From: Eledone cirrhosa | Taxonomy: Eukaryota | NCBI GenBank assembly: GCA_964016885.1 | Contig: OZ024742.1 | Coordinates: 52,948,001-53,012,000 of the forward strand | Reading direction: 5' to 3' | DNA length: 64,000 nt | Part shown: positions 27,701 to 42,306 of the stretch, piece after piece | Layout of the letters: every line of letters begins with the position of its first letter | Numbering within the stretch: the stretch's first letter is position 1 | Notes under the pieces: model-generated | The model's input: only the letters and a program-made list of their open reading frames with translations | The model's database searches: none | What the model was told of the DNA's origin: nothing | Made by a program: the position numbers and the translations under genes

Positions 27701-28250
27701 GTAAAAGGACAGTTTTTCTTCATCGACAGAATTCATAGTTGGAGCATACACACTCACCAGGGTCGCATATCTTCCCTTGTCCAGCGGAACTCTCATGGAC
27801 ATAAGACGCTCACTAATCCCTACTGGGAATTCTTCTAATTTATTCACAAGTACAGTCTTAACAGCAAATCCTACCCCAGCCTCTCTTCTGGTTCCTTCAT
27901 CTCTTCCTTTCCAGAAGAATGTATATTCTCCACAAAATTCCGTAAGATGACCATCTCCAGCTAACCTCGTCTCAGATAAAGCCACGATGTCAAGATCGTA
28001 ACGTCGAAGCTCCTTTGCAACAAGAGCGGTCCTTCGTTCAGGACGCTCCAAAGAATCCCTGTCAAGCAGCGTCCGTACGTTCCAGCAGCCAAGACTAAAT
28101 GCCCTGTTTGGCTCTATTACAATGGCACGATGACGGGCGGGCCCAGGTTGTGATAACTTGGGGCCCCTGCCCTTATTGCCAATGATCTTTTTTGTTCCAG
28201 AACCTAAATTGGCAATTATCTCGTTTACATTGTTCTGGAACATCATTGAA
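24764..28250 (-). mobile_element. Near full-length RTE-clade LINE (APE-RT-C2H2), frameshifted
   Basis: APE 27179-28250 (GCWNVRTL, ALSETR, GDFNARVG, LDY, TDH); linker 26815-27141; RT 24764-26707 (NYRGISLL, DLTKAFDTV, GVKQG, LYADD, YLGS); three C-terminal C2H2-like fingers. Confidence 0.95.
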
Positions 28251-28254
28251 TTGG

Positions 28255-28286
<32 letters not shown>

Positions 28287-28341
28287 TAATAATAGTAATA
28301 ATAATAATAATAATAGTACACTATTAATAATTATTAATGCA

Positions 28342-28620
28342 CTCGTGCAATGCCTGTGCGTGACGAATATTTTTAAAGTGAGGAAAGACTGTGCACTGAG
28401 CCAATCCCACTCTCTGAGCGACAGTAGCTATAACCCGAAAAGAAGAAAAGATCAACATCATCGGTAACTACTGAGCCGCAGGTTTTATATCGGAGTTAAC
28501 CCAGTTTCCTGAGATGCCTTCTCCTAGAAGAATGCCCTGACAAGGGCTAGGGGTTCTTCACTCCCAGTGGTTTAACTGCGCGATCGGGCATCCAGCCCGA
28601 TTATTTCTATGTCCCCGCGC
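28342..28620 (-). mobile_element. 5' part of a second SINE-like copy, split by the RTE (3' part at 24305-24351)
   Basis: High-identity reverse complement of 22765-23042. Confidence 0.8.
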
Positions 28621-28750
28621 AAAAAAAAAAAAAAAAAAATCACTTATTGACACTTATACGTACGACATACACACACACGCATACATATGCGCGCACACAG
28701 CAACACTCATACATACAACAAACACACACGCTACTCTACTCACTTACACG

Positions 28751-28783
<33 letters not shown>

Positions 28784-29202
28784 TACTGTCATTACTGATA
28801 CAAGATTACAAGATTATGTCAACTGTTGACTTTCAAGAGTTTGTATAGTTGAAGCCGATCGTATTACAGTCCAGTATTACTATAATTGCTTTACAGCATA
28901 GAGCTATGGCTCTCCACGGAGTCAACAAAAGAGAGTACCAGTGATGCGCTGGGCCAGTCGCTGGATCCGTGCCAAAAGCAGAAAAATTATTATTAAAGTT
29001 GTTTTCTTAAGGCCAGGTCGCTGGTGATGGTGATGGCGGCGGCGGTGGCGGTGGTGGTGGTGGTGGCAGTTGATGTTGTTGTTGTGTTGTGTGTGTTTGT
29101 GTGTGTGTGTGTGTTTTGTTATTTTGAGTTTTTTTTTTTTTTCCCTTCCCCTTTTATTTTTTATTTTCCCTTCCTTTTTTATGTTTTGATGCCGCTGATA
29201 CA

Positions 29203-29233
<31 letters not shown>

Positions 29234-29256
29234 GTCCATATATCTATATCTATATA

Positions 29257-29344
<88 letters not shown>

Positions 29345-29345
29345 C

Positions 29346-29402
<57 letters not shown>

Positions 29403-29407
<5 letters not shown>

Positions 29408-29582
29408 AAATGTGTGAGATCCTTGGTACAGTTAGGTATATTTGAAAAAAATGAAAAGAATGACTTCACTTGTAGTTCTAAATAATTTGATTTAATTTTA
29501 TAATATTATAATATTATAAAATTAAATCAAATTATTTAGAGCTACAAGTGAAGTCATTCTTTTCCTTTTTTTTTTAAATATA
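29403..29582. repeat. ~70-bp-arm palindrome with a one-sided tail in (TA)n
   Basis: aaaagaatgacttcacttgtagttctaaataatttgatttaatttt..aaaattaaatcaaattatttagagctacaagtgaagtcattctttt. Unpaired 29403-29436. Confidence 0.8.
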
Positions 29583-30070
29583 TATATATAAGTTAAAACA
29601 ATGAAATAAAAAATCAATCATTAGAGATATACTTCACTGCTTTACGATCGTTTCTAGATGGTGATAATACATTGTATCTATACTCAGTTATTGATCTATG
29701 TAAGTTTACAAACTATCAGATAGAGAGAATATTTACTTACATGCATATCACCAGCTGTTTTCAAAAGCAATAATAATTTTATTCAATAATAATTTTACTC
29801 AGAATTAGTATCATGTCCATATTTGGAGGTAGTTGAAGAACTAACGAATCAAATTGTTTTTTTTTTTCATATGGTGTTAAAGTGAAAAGTAATACACTTT
29901 AGTTGAGGTCATGACCCTTTGAAAGTAATGGTTGAAAGGTGTTAGTAGAAATGGCATAAAAATCTATTAGGAAGGAAGGGGATTGTCAAACTGAGTTTTA
30001 AGGTGAATATAAATTAATGTTATGGCTAGGAAAGATAGTATATTAAAAGATGAAAATTATAATAAGATAA

Positions 30071-30276
30071 TTGTTTCTACTTTTAGCACAAGGCCAGCAA
30101 TTACCCAGTACATAACTGGTACTTTATTTTATCGACCCCGTAAGGCAAAGTTAACCTCGGCGGGATTTGAACTCAGAATGGAAAGGGCCGTAACTCTATG
30201 CGTCAAAGCATGGCGTCCGACTCTCTAATGATACTGCCAATCCACCGCCCTACCGATACTGCCAATCCACCGCCCT
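30071..30276 (-). mobile_element. Octopod-type SINE
   Basis: ttgtttctacttttagcacaaggccagc..tcgaccccg..aacctcggcgggatttgaactcag..ctgccaatccaccgcc. Same family at 16494-16595, 42305-42485 and 45200-45335. Confidence 0.8.
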
Positions 30277-30669
30277 ATAATAAGATAATGAGATATAGTA
30301 ATGCGATAATATACAACTTAACCAACAGAATATAGTACGGTGTGGTAAATTGCACTCAATATAATATAATATATTATACGCTCTAAAATATTACTAAGTA
30401 TGTTTATGCATAAACAATCAAACTCAGATAAGTACATGTTGGCATAGTTAAAACACATAAATTTCATAGTCTACAAAGTTCACATATTCACACCACATAT
30501 AGAGAGAGGTACAGTTATATTGATATCTAACCAAAATATACTTACGTACAAATAGATGCAAACCTAAATATACATCCACACGCATGCATATAATCATATA
30601 TATACACATATCCATACATATCTATATCCACACATACACATCTATACCCCCATATATACATATACATAT

Positions 30670-30727
<58 letters not shown>

Positions 30728-30835
30728 TCATACATACATACATATATACATGTACATACATATACACATACACATACATGCATACATACATACATACATA
30801 CATACATACATACATACATACATACATACACATAT

Positions 30836-30951
<116 letters not shown>

Positions 30952-30987
30952 CATATACAACACACACACACACACATATATATATAC

Positions 30988-31060
<73 letters not shown>

Positions 31061-31185
31061 CAACACACACACACACATATATATATATATACATACTTGT
31101 GTGAGTATATGTACACACCTCTTACATGTGCACATACTCATATATAAACATTCATACATCTATACTCACATATACACACACACAA

Positions 31186-31286
<101 letters not shown>

Positions 31287-31463
31287 CACACACACATACA
31301 TATATATATACACATATATATACACACCCATATATCTATATATATATATATACATATATATACATATATATACACATACATACATATACATACATACACA
31401 TACACACATACATATACAAGCATATACATATATACATATACATAAACATATATATATATATAC

Positions 31464-31570
<107 letters not shown>

Positions 31571-31580
31571 AACCAGTAAG

Positions 31581-31674
31581 ACCCCGACAGCTGAGCTCAA
31601 GCCGTTTCGACGGCTAATTCTGGACTAAATGAAAATTTATCCTGGTATTTAAATAGCCGATCTTCTCAAGGGGT
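31581..31674 (-). ncRNA. Hammerhead ribozyme, U3:A8 variant (inverted pLTR copy)
   Basis: Reverse complement of 33997-34090. Confidence 0.8.
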
Positions 31675-33996
31675 AATTCCATATATGGTCAAAGTGATTG
31701 TCAAAAATCAGTAGTAATTCTGTGGTTGCAAATTAATAGGGGAGATGGTGGCTAAACCTGCCAGTAGGAGAAAGAGGGGAGGGGGTGGAGTAGACCCAAT
31801 CAAGCGTTGGTAGTGCCAGCTACAGCTGGGCATGAGGTCAAAGAAGATACAGGGGAGGGGGAGGGGGAGGAAGTCGGCACGGTAGGTAGAACAATGGGGG
31901 GTAGAAATAGGAAAGAAATCGAAAACGACCTGTACTACCCATACAGGAAACCTAATGACAATCTGCACTACATCCACCGCCGATCAAACCATCCTAGGAA
32001 CATCACAAACAACCTGGTCAAAAACATCTCCCTCCGCATATCCCGTTTGTCAGCTAATGAGCGGATATTCGATGAACATGCGCCTTATTACAACCAGGCC
32101 CTCAAGCGGAGTGGTTTCCGGGAGGAAATATCCTACTGTCCAGCTCCCATTAGCGGAACCAGCAGGAGACACCGCCGCTCACCCAATGTAACATGGTTCA
32201 ATCCTCCCCACAACGCAGAGGTGACAACTCCCATCGGGAAACTATTCTTTAGGCTCATTGAAAAACACTTCCCATTACAACACCGCTACCACAACATAAT
32301 TAACAAAAATACCATCAAACTCTCTCACAGCACTACACCAAATTTCGCACAAAACATCGTCTCCTCTAACAACAAAAAACTCAACCCCGATGGCAGAAAT
32401 AACCTAAATAGCAGTGGAGAACCGACCAGGAGGTGTAACTGCCCGGATAGATCTATTTTCCCACTCGACAATAGATGCAGAGACCGTAATGTGATCTACC
32501 AGTGCAACGTGAGGACGGATACCTCCAACAAAGCCTATATAGGACTTACCGCATGTGACTTCAAGACCCGGCTATACCAACATAGACATACCTTCCGAAA
32601 CCCGGCCCGGCGTCACGCCACTACACTTTCGGGCCACATATGGGACCTCAAGGACAACAACATCACCTATGATCTCACTTGGAGATTACTGTCCAGAGCC
32701 AATTCTTACACGGGAGGACGCCGTCCGTGCAATTTATGCTCGGAGGAAACTTTACAAATGCTGTTCTCGACGGACCAACTCCTAAACAAGAAAGATGAAC
32801 TGGTCACTGCATGTAAACATAGATTGCGTAGGACTTACCTCGCCCTCAAACCCCATAATGACCCGGGGGGGTAGACTAGGGCTATAACACCCCACTTACC
32901 GATTTTGCAATGGGTAACCCCTGCTTGCCAAGGAAGACGTAAGATCTTCTTTGTATTCTTTTATCGCTTCCTTTATTTCCTTCCCCCCTCTCTCCTTAGT
33001 CCTTCTACCCCAGCTCTTCTCCTTTGTCGGCGTCTTTTCTCGCCCACCCGAGGCTGCCCTTTGGCCCCATGTAGCCTTAGTACCCCCACCACCCCCTCCC
33101 CTAGTCTATGATAGATTTGGCGGACTCCGCCCTTTATAGCAGTTGGCTTAGACCCCGGATACTTGCCCCCTTTTTCCGACCACTCCCACTATTCTCTGTG
33201 CCCTCTATATTTCTTAGTGGCACTTATGCCTTATTTTTTCGTTTCAGTATTTCTTGCTTCGCTTTTCTTCTGGGCGGGGTGGATTCTGAATTTATTTCTC
33301 CGTATTCTACCTTTATTTCGTACGAACTTTCATGTAGCTTGTTTTAGATCTTTTAGAGTTAGCATTAGTATATATTTTTCTCGGTACTCAGAATTATTAT
33401 CTCGTACAAGTTCACTTTGCTGCACTGGGTCGTTGCTGGCCCGGGATGGAAACCTTTATTGTTTATTTCGTGGTAGTCTCTTTAGTATTTTGGCCCCTTT
33501 TGTTGACCCGTCACCGTATCATTTACGTACTTATACCTCTTAAAAGGGTCCTTGCCTATCCGTCCCACCTAGTTCTTTTACTTATTTCGTTATTTCCTTA
33601 TTTATTTATTTCTTTACTTCTTTCTTTCTTTCTTTATTTTATTCTGCCTAACAATAGCCTGAGACCTAGGTCGTAGTATTTAATTTACTTTACTTTTTTC
33701 TTTACACTTATTTGCTTTTCTTCACTCTCAGTATTTTTTTTTTTTTTTTTTTTTTTTTTCCTATTTCTACCCCCCATTGTTCTACCTACCGTTCCGACTT
33801 CCTCCCCCTCCCCCTCCCCTGTATCTTCTTTGACCTCATGCCCAGCTGTAGCTGGCACTACCAACGCTTGATTGGGGCTACTCCACCCCCTCCCCTCTTT
33901 CTCCTACTGGCAGGTTTAGCCACCATCTCCCCTACTAATTTGCAACGACAGAATTACTACTGATTTTTGACAATCACTTTGACCATATATGGAATT

Positions 33997-34090
33997 ACCC
34001 CTTGAGAAGATCGGCTATTTAAATACCAGGATAAATTTTCATTTAGTCCAGAATTAGCCGTCGAAACGGCTTGAGCTCAGCTGTCGGGGT
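33997..34090 (+). ncRNA. Hammerhead ribozyme, U3:A8 variant
   Basis: ACCCC-TTGAGAA-GAtCGGCTA...TAGCCGTC-GAAA-CGGC-ttgagctca-GCTG-TC-GGGGT. All three stems are present. Confidence 0.82.
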
Positions 34091-34181
34091 CTTACTGGTT
34101 CCTATTACCCACTCTACTACCTCAAGTATTGAGTACTTTGGTGCGTTATGGTCCACCTGGTTCCTTACCACATTTCCTTCG

Positions 34182-34252
<71 letters not shown>

Positions 34253-34539
34253 TATACATACATACACAAATATATACACAAATATATACACACATACATA
34301 TATTTCCATATCATACATATATGTTTATTTTCACTCATGCATTTACGGGTGGCTGCGTATCTTGTTGCCTTTAGTCATTAACGCATAAATCTAAGGAAGC
34401 TAAAGCATTAAAAGGCAAAATTAAGCATGAAAGCATATAATTAGGGGAAAGAGGTACTAATGAATGTTATTCTATACGGAATTATAGTGAGTTGCTATTT
34501 AGAATATTTAATTAGGTTTATAGTATTTAATTAGGTTTA

Positions 34540-35912
34540 TAGTATTTAAATGTTTTTCGTATACGGTGATTACAAACTATGATCAATTCCTGTCTTTTAG
34601 TTAATAAATCGTCCTTAGATTTAGTAATTTCCAAGATCTCTCCTGAACATAATCTGCATTCCCTCCTGTTTCCAAGATATGGAGTTTTTTGTAGAATGGT
34701 GTTCCACGATAACTTAAAATCTATTTTTTTTCTTTTTATAATTATTTACCGCTTCAGCTAAAGATGTGGTGTTTGCTAGTATAGTATTGTTGAAACTACT
34801 AAAGTGTGCGTAAAATCTTTTCTTAAATGTGTTTGATGTAGATCCTATATATGTTTTGTTGGAGTCTGTAATAGACACAGTGCATTTATATATTACATTT
34901 TTAATCAAACAGTTTCCATTTAAGGGGCAAATGCTTCTAGTTCTGCAATTACAGCCATACGTAAGATGGTTTTGGGGGGTGCCTATACTATTCTCATTTA
35001 TCCTTGAGCTATTCCTATTGTAATTAATGATAGCAGGAGAATGAAGGTTGCTTTGTAGGTGGTTTGGTGCTAGAGTTGTATTGTAATTTTGTGTTCTGTT
35101 GTTTTTGTGTTGGTGAATTGGGTGGTTGTGTTTTTTAGGTTGAAGGATTGTATTATTTGTCTTTTTATAAGGTGCAGTCCTATTTAAATTATGTTGCGGT
35201 GATGTAGTCATATTATTTTTAAGTTTATAAATGTTGTAGTTGCTTATTTTTTGCTGGAGATTGCTTGATATAGAGTATGAGAATTTAACAGTATATTTGT
35301 TAAATATTTGGTGGAAAATGTTTATGTAGTATTTCAAAGAATTTTTGGAGGATTTGTCCAATAGTTCGCAGGTTGAAGGGTGCGTTGTACCATGTTATGT
35401 TTCTTTTGCGGTATTTAGTTAAGTTTTTATTATCCCTTATATTATTGTGTTGTGTTTGGTGTTATTTTTGGGTAGATTATGAGATTTTGAGTTCTTGGTA
35501 TTCATATGTGGGTTAATAACATTGGTCATAGATCGTGTAGTAATAATTGTTGTGGTTTTTCGGTTGTTTGGTGTAATAGGAATAATCACTTTAGGTATTT
35601 GTTTCAATGGTATTTTTTGGTGTTTGTAGTTTTTGTTAGGTTTTATGTTTTGGTGCATAGTAGTGTGGAGGATATATGATATTTTTTCTTTATATCCACT
35701 TCTAGTTAAGGCCTCGTTGTAGAAGGGTGCATTATTATAAAATATATCTTCATTGGAAGATAATTTAGAAAGTCTAAGAGATATGTTATATACTAAGTTC
35801 TTGAATATAGAGCCAGGGTGGTTAGATCGTGAATGTACATAATGTAGATTCTGGTTAGGTTTGTGGTAAGGTTGATAAGTATTCGTAGAGAGGTCTAAGG
35901 TAACGTCAAGGA
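34540..35912 (-). pseudogene. Decayed, 5'-truncated Naiad-type PLE (thumb + GIY-YIG)
   Basis: ILDVTLDL..YHKPN..SNHP at about 35810-35910; ORF 34714-35361 with CNCRTRSICPLNGNC..VIY..YIG; CRLC..VCNHR at about 34560-34680. Confidence 0.88.
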
Positions 35913-36039
35913 TGTATATATATATAATCTGAGTTTTTCGAATATTAATAATAACATTCGATTCGTTTGCAATTATTATTAATATTCGAAAAACTCAGAT
36001 TACATTTATTGTATTCAGCCATGTAAAGCGAAAATGTTC

Positions 36040-36084
<45 letters not shown>

Positions 36085-36533
36085 GGAGAAGTGACTTTCT
36101 TGATGATTTCAAAAATATGAAATAGTTTTGGTCCTTTAGAATCAATTCTATATGAAATAAATCATGTACTTTCTCCGCTTAATGTAGTGAGTATCTTATT
36201 TAACTGCTGTTTCTTTCTGTTCCTCTTTTGGAAAATCATCTGTAATCGTATATATATAAGTATACACATATAAAAAAAAAGGATTGTTACTTGTAATATG
36301 AGTTTCGCCTATTGACTGTTCACAACAGCAAATAAAGTTGGAATTTAGAATTTTGTATTTACGTTTTGTAGTTTTTGTCTTGCATCTGTTTTGCTTTGTA
36401 TTTTATGATTTTTTTTATTATTGTCATGTTTGAAAACCCTTGTTATTTAATCTCCTTAATTGATTCTCTAACTGACAGTTTGCAGAAAAGTGAAAAAGGA
36501 GACATGGTGGATTGATTTAGGGCTACTGCCCAA

Positions 36534-36585
<52 letters not shown>

Positions 36586-36591
36586 GTGCGC

Positions 36592-36691
<100 letters not shown>

Positions 36692-36819
36692 GTGCGTGTG
36701 TGTGCGTATGTGTGTGTGTGTGTGTGTGTGCGTGTGTGTGTGTGTGAGTGTTTTAACAGAGTACCCCCCAAAATAACGGAGTATATTTTAGGAATGCTAT
36801 AAATTCAAAATAGCAAAAT

Positions 36820-36965
36820 AGGAGGCGAATTGGTAGAATGTCAGATGGATTGCTTTGCGCTATTCGTTTCTGTTCTCAGCTCTCTGCGTTTAAATTCCGC
36901 CGAGGTCAACTTTGACTTTCGTCTATTTAAGGTCGATAAAAAAAGTACCAGTCAAGGACTGCGGT
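36820..36965 (+). mobile_element. Diverged octopod-type SINE
   Basis: ggcgaattggtagaatgtc..ctgcgtttaaattccgccgaggtcaactttgactttc..gtcgataaaaaaagtaccag. Confidence 0.65.
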
Positions 36966-37179
36966 CGAATCTTCCACTGTATCTCTTTCTCCCTTCTATT
37001 CTCTGGAAGAATTCTGCTGTATTCAAACTTGCATAGGATTGGGCTCGGTCAGCTTTGAAAATGCCCTTCAAACGCCGTATGTCAATACGGCACCCCTACG
37101 ACTCCCTCAAGAGTTACGAGACCATGCATGTGTACATTCAAATATTTTCGGGCATAATGTCAATTTATATCTCAAGACT

Positions 37180-39185
37180 TTCACTTTAGTGTGTTAGAAC
37201 ACAGAAAAGAATAAAATATTTCCACTATTATTCGTACGTTTTTATATTGTTTGAAGACCTCTTCATTATCTATTTATTGCTTAACACTCTTTATGTATGC
37301 AAATATCACTCAAAATAATTGTCTGTCACCTGTTAATTTTGCCAAATATATGATTGAATCTTAGGAGATCGTGAATTTCATTAGCATACGGAAATCTAAT
37401 TGTAAATTATTCAGAAGTAAATTGTTGAATGAGGCAGAAATAATAAACAAAGTTATATAATTAGCATAAGAAAATTCATATAGATCTCTACTAAATTTTA
37501 TTTTTAACATTAGTATATGTAATAGTATGTGTTTAGCTTAGGCAAAAAGAGTATGGTGGTGTCTATAGTATTTTACTGGGGCCCTGAGACTGGAGGAAAG
37601 CCAGGAGAAAAGGAATATATCTTCAGAAAAAAATCTTATCTAAAAGATTGTAACAAAGTCGATTCCGTTAAAAATACCCGAAACCCAACTGAATGTCTTA
37701 AACTGGGCAATAAATTAAGTTTACCACTGAGGAACGGGATTCGCATTGAGAACGTATAGGGATTGAATACGAAATACTTTGTCATTTTATGTCCAGAAAT
37801 TTACTGCCCATTCGAGCCAACATGCCTCTACTTAGCCGCTTGACCAGCAAAAAATAGCAACCGAATGTCGGTCAAATAACAGCCTTTAAGTGACGCTGCC
37901 TAGAAAAAATGAGATGATCTTAGTTCGAATGCTTCCTATCACATGTGTGCTCAATCAGGCTTGTATTGGAATAGAATAAAACAAGAAATACTGTCCATAT
38001 GTAGACGGAATAAGAAAATGAGAACAATGAAAAATGACTTATAAACCTTGGGAATATTGAATATTTTCTCGGTAATTTCTGCAAATATACTTGAAGAGAA
38101 AAAGACGTGCTTTAGGTAATGTTCGTCTAGATTGATGACAATTCGCCTATCATATTTGGTCTCGGAAGTTTTCCCGTCAGAATGATAAATGTATCGACAA
38201 TATAAATGATATTTTGTGCTGTTAATACGTAATATTTTAACTAATTTCTCTATGCACACACCAACACGCACTCACATTACACACGCATGCATAAACATTA
38301 GATATTGAATGTTGCTATCAACTTGTCTACTAGCTGAAACATTAATGATAAAACTACAACCAAAACACTTCTATATAAGATACCAAGACAGTTGGCCCAG
38401 AGCATTTACCAAATTATTAAGATTTCATAATTTACAATATCCTTCAACATAGGGACAGAAAAAATCTTGTAACCCAACCTTTTCTATTGGGATTTGATCT
38501 TCATGCGTAATGGGTAGAAATGATCTTTGCTAGCAGATTTGATAAACATCTTGTTTTGGTCGTATTACTCCGCATCAGGGAAGTAAAGCCAAATGGTAAT
38601 TGCATTTTTCAGAGATCAAAGATTTGTTTCCAGTAGTTATGTCTGTCTGTATGGAGAATAGAAAGACCGGAAGAAGATGAAAAGCAGAGATTCAGAAACT
38701 GTGTAGTTTTACAAGTCCATCTATCAGTTTGGGATTTTCATCTTGATGTTAGGACACATCAAACAGGAAAACAATATTTCCACTATTATCCGTATGTTTC
38801 TTTATTGTTTGATTACCAATTCCTCTTTGTCTATTTATTGCTTAACCATCTTTATGTATGCAAATATCACTCAAAAATTGTTGTCTTTCACCTGCTAATT
38901 TCGCCACATACGAAATTGAATCTTAGAAGATCGCAAGTTTCATTAGTATACTGAAATCTGGAAGTAAACTATTCAGTAGTAAATTATTGAAAGATGAAGA
39001 AAGTTATATGATTAGAAAAAAAAGAGATTGATATACATCTATAACAAATTATATTTCTTACATTATCAAATGTCCAGATATATTTTCAGGACTTATTTAG
39101 TGGTAGTAGAGCAATGCCTATAATATTTTACGGGGTTTCCGAGGCAGGGGAGAGCCAGGGAGGAAAGGAAATTATCTTCAGATCA
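37180..39185. repeat. Diverged direct duplication (about 37180-37625 and 38745-39185)
   Basis: Shared blocks aatatttcccactattat, tttattgcttaac, tttatgtatgcaaatatcactcaaaa and attgaatcttag in the same order. Confidence 0.75.
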
Positions 39186-39431
39186 TAGGCCTAATCTGAA
39201 GTTAAAATTAATCTTAATAAGTCTCATGAAAGTCGAAAGCGCTAGATTCACATTAAAACAATATTTTATTATTATATTTACTTGTCCAAATACTAAAAGG
39301 TGTTTTATTACTTCTGATAATTCTACTTTTATAATAGTGATAATAGAAATAATAAAATATATGTATATATATATCTATATATACTAATATATATGTACGT
39401 ACACACACACACAAAACACACACACACACAC

Positions 39432-39486
<55 letters not shown>

Positions 39487-39564
39487 CATAGATATATACA
39501 CATATATATGCATATACGCACATATATATATATACATATGCAGATACATATATATATATCCCTG

Positions 39565-39657
<93 letters not shown>

Positions 39658-41155
39658 ATGTCTTGGTGATCATGCCTTATCAGAAGAAACCAATATAAAT
39701 TATATCTTAGTATAAATTCACACAAATTGATCTGAATGAATATGATTATGACTTAAGTTAGCTAATGATTTAAAATATAAAACTGTCTTTTTACCTCATA
39801 TATATTGCCTGGCTGGTCTAAGAATATCATGTAAAACACTACAGATGCGAAGAGAATAATGAAATATGGCATTGAAACTAGAGTATTAATCAATAACCAA
39901 TTAGATCGATTGAAATCTACCTAATAACTGTTAGTTATTTAATCGACCCCTGAAGAGTGTAAGATAGTTTTGTTTAGCTGCAAGTTAGCTTTAATGTGGT
40001 CCTAAAATCAAAGGCCTAATTGTATATAACTCGTCTTTCTTCATACATAAATACATAGAACTCTTGCAGTGTTCACTGTGTCGTTTCCTCTTTAATATGG
40101 TAGGGTGTGATTTAACAAAACCACCCACTTTAGAGTGTTTCTCTGTAAATTAAAATCTTCCAGACATAATTGTATATAGAAATTATATATTAGGTTATTA
40201 TATTAGTAATGAATTAATTAATAATTTTAGTAAATCCCTCAGAATTCTTTATTAAACCTTTTTATATAAACTCGGCTTTGAGTCTATGAAAGTGATCTAA
40301 CCATTTTAAAGATTTTCTACATAAATTAAAATCTTCGAACGTTACTCTCTCAGTAATGAAATAGTTAATAATTTTAATAGATCCCTCTAAATTCTCGTTA
40401 ATTAATTGAAAAAAGGGGACTTCACTAGAAATTTGGCCATGAAAGTGCCAAATGGTTCCTATTTGAATTAAAATCTTACAAATACAATTATATATAAAAA
40501 CCACGTGTTAAGCTACTACCATAATAAGGAAATAATATTTAAATAAATCAATCATAATTTTTCCTTAATTACTTGGAATATAGTATAATTCATCAAAAAT
40601 ACATTCATAAAAGTGTTAAGAAAAGTCTGGCTATTATTTCTAGCAGATCGAGCAACCATGTAGTGACTCTTTCGTTGGCTCCTGAAACGTAACTTAAAAA
40701 ACTGTCCTGCAGAATTTGAACTGAAAACTCGGGAGAAATAAATACTAAACACATATCGGTTCAGCCAACTAAAGAATCTCTAGACCATCTAGAAATAGCA
40801 GCCAACTTCTCCTTAAATTCCACTCAACAGGCCCTATTGAAGATCCCTGTCTGTTAGATAAAGATGGAATGTCTTTGATATTCGGTCTGTCCGTTCAGTG
40901 CCAACTAGCCGCAACAAGAAACACTGTCCATATGTAGACGGAATAAGAAAATGAGAACAATGAGAAATGACTTATAAACCTTGGGAAATTGAATATTTTC
41001 TCAGTAATTTCTGTAAATATACTTGAAGAGAAGAAGACGTGCTTTAGGTAATGTTCGTCTAGATTGATGACAACTCACCTATCATATTTGGCCTCGGAAG
41101 TTTTCACGTCAGAATGATAAATGTATCGACAAAATAAATGATATTTTGCGCTGTC
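37978..41155. repeat. Direct duplication of ~245 bp (37978-38222 and 40913-41155)
   Basis: ctgtccatatgtagacggaataagaaaatgagaacaatga..gtcagaatgataaatgtatcgacaa present in both. Confidence 0.85.
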
Positions 41156-41263
41156 TATGTGTAATTCTTGAATTATTTTAGCTACGCACAGACACACACA
41201 CATATATATACGTACATACATACTTATAAATAGATAGATAGGTAGATAGATATATAGATAGAG

Positions 41264-41320
<57 letters not shown>

Positions 41321-41392
41321 TACATATATATATATATATGCATATGTATATACATATATAAATCAATATATATTCACACACACTTACATATA

Positions 41393-41442
<50 letters not shown>

Positions 41443-41487
41443 TGTGTGCGTGTATGTGTGTGTAAAATATGCTTATATACATATATA

Positions 41488-41575
<88 letters not shown>

Positions 41576-41645
41576 ATTGGTATTGGTTTGACAATCTGCA
41601 GATTCTGCCGTCTGCAATTCGAGTGCATATAAATATATATTTAAT

Positions 41646-41878
41646 ATAAAGAGTGGTTTGCTGATGCGCAGAGATGTTATAAAATAGCTTATAAAATAGG
41701 CTGAAGACCCTTAAAGTCGAAACAAATTTGTCATCCCTCGCTACAGTATTTGAGAGATACGGGGTTTGGTTCCTTGTAGCGGTCGCTGGCAACTTCTTTT
41801 TCCGTTTTTAAAGATCTTCACTCTATTTCATATGCTATTTTATCGCATCTCCGCGCATGAGCACACCACTCTTTATCT
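41646..41878. mobile_element. Old fold-back PLE pLTR remnant with a degenerate hammerhead
   Basis: Diverged inverted arms 41646-41735 and 41785-41878. CTGAAGAC-ccttaaa-GTC-GAAA-CAAATTTG-TC at 41701-41732. Confidence 0.55.
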
Positions 41879-42094
41879 TAACTTTATCCCCTCAGCGCTT
41901 CGTAAAAGTCCGAGAAATTGGCTACGTATACACCATCCACCCCTCTAATATATTCAACTCGTCTCCTTAGGTGGAATATATTCATATAGTAATCCAGCGA
42001 TGCAACACGTTGATCACGTTGCAGTCTTTCTTCATACATAAATACATAGAACGACATTGTATGTCCCCTTATTCCAAAGAAATAAGGAAGAATT

Positions 42095-42196
42095 CACCTC
42101 CCGATGAAGGAACTGAAATTCTTCCAATATTGGTTATTCTAAGCTCTTGGAATTGCCGATGTTGTTTCTTGAGTTCCAGAAACGATAGTCGGGGTG
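42095..42196 (+). ncRNA. Hammerhead motif with a core U4C substitution
   Basis: CACCTC-CCGATGA-a-GGAACT...AGTTCC-a-GAAA-CGATAG-TC-GGGGTG, then a ~75-nt tail and (TA)n. Confidence 0.65.
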
Positions 42197-42264
42197 TTAT
42201 ATAAGTAAAAACCGAGTTATTTTAGTCGATTTAGCTTATATCCCCACAAAATATGGTTTGGGAT

Positions 42265-42304
<40 letters not shown>

Positions 42305-42306
<2 letters not shown>

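Noticed and set aside
31807-31914. N-terminus of ORF 31807-32874
   Set aside because: It is read through the inverted pLTR; real coding homology begins at about 31915.
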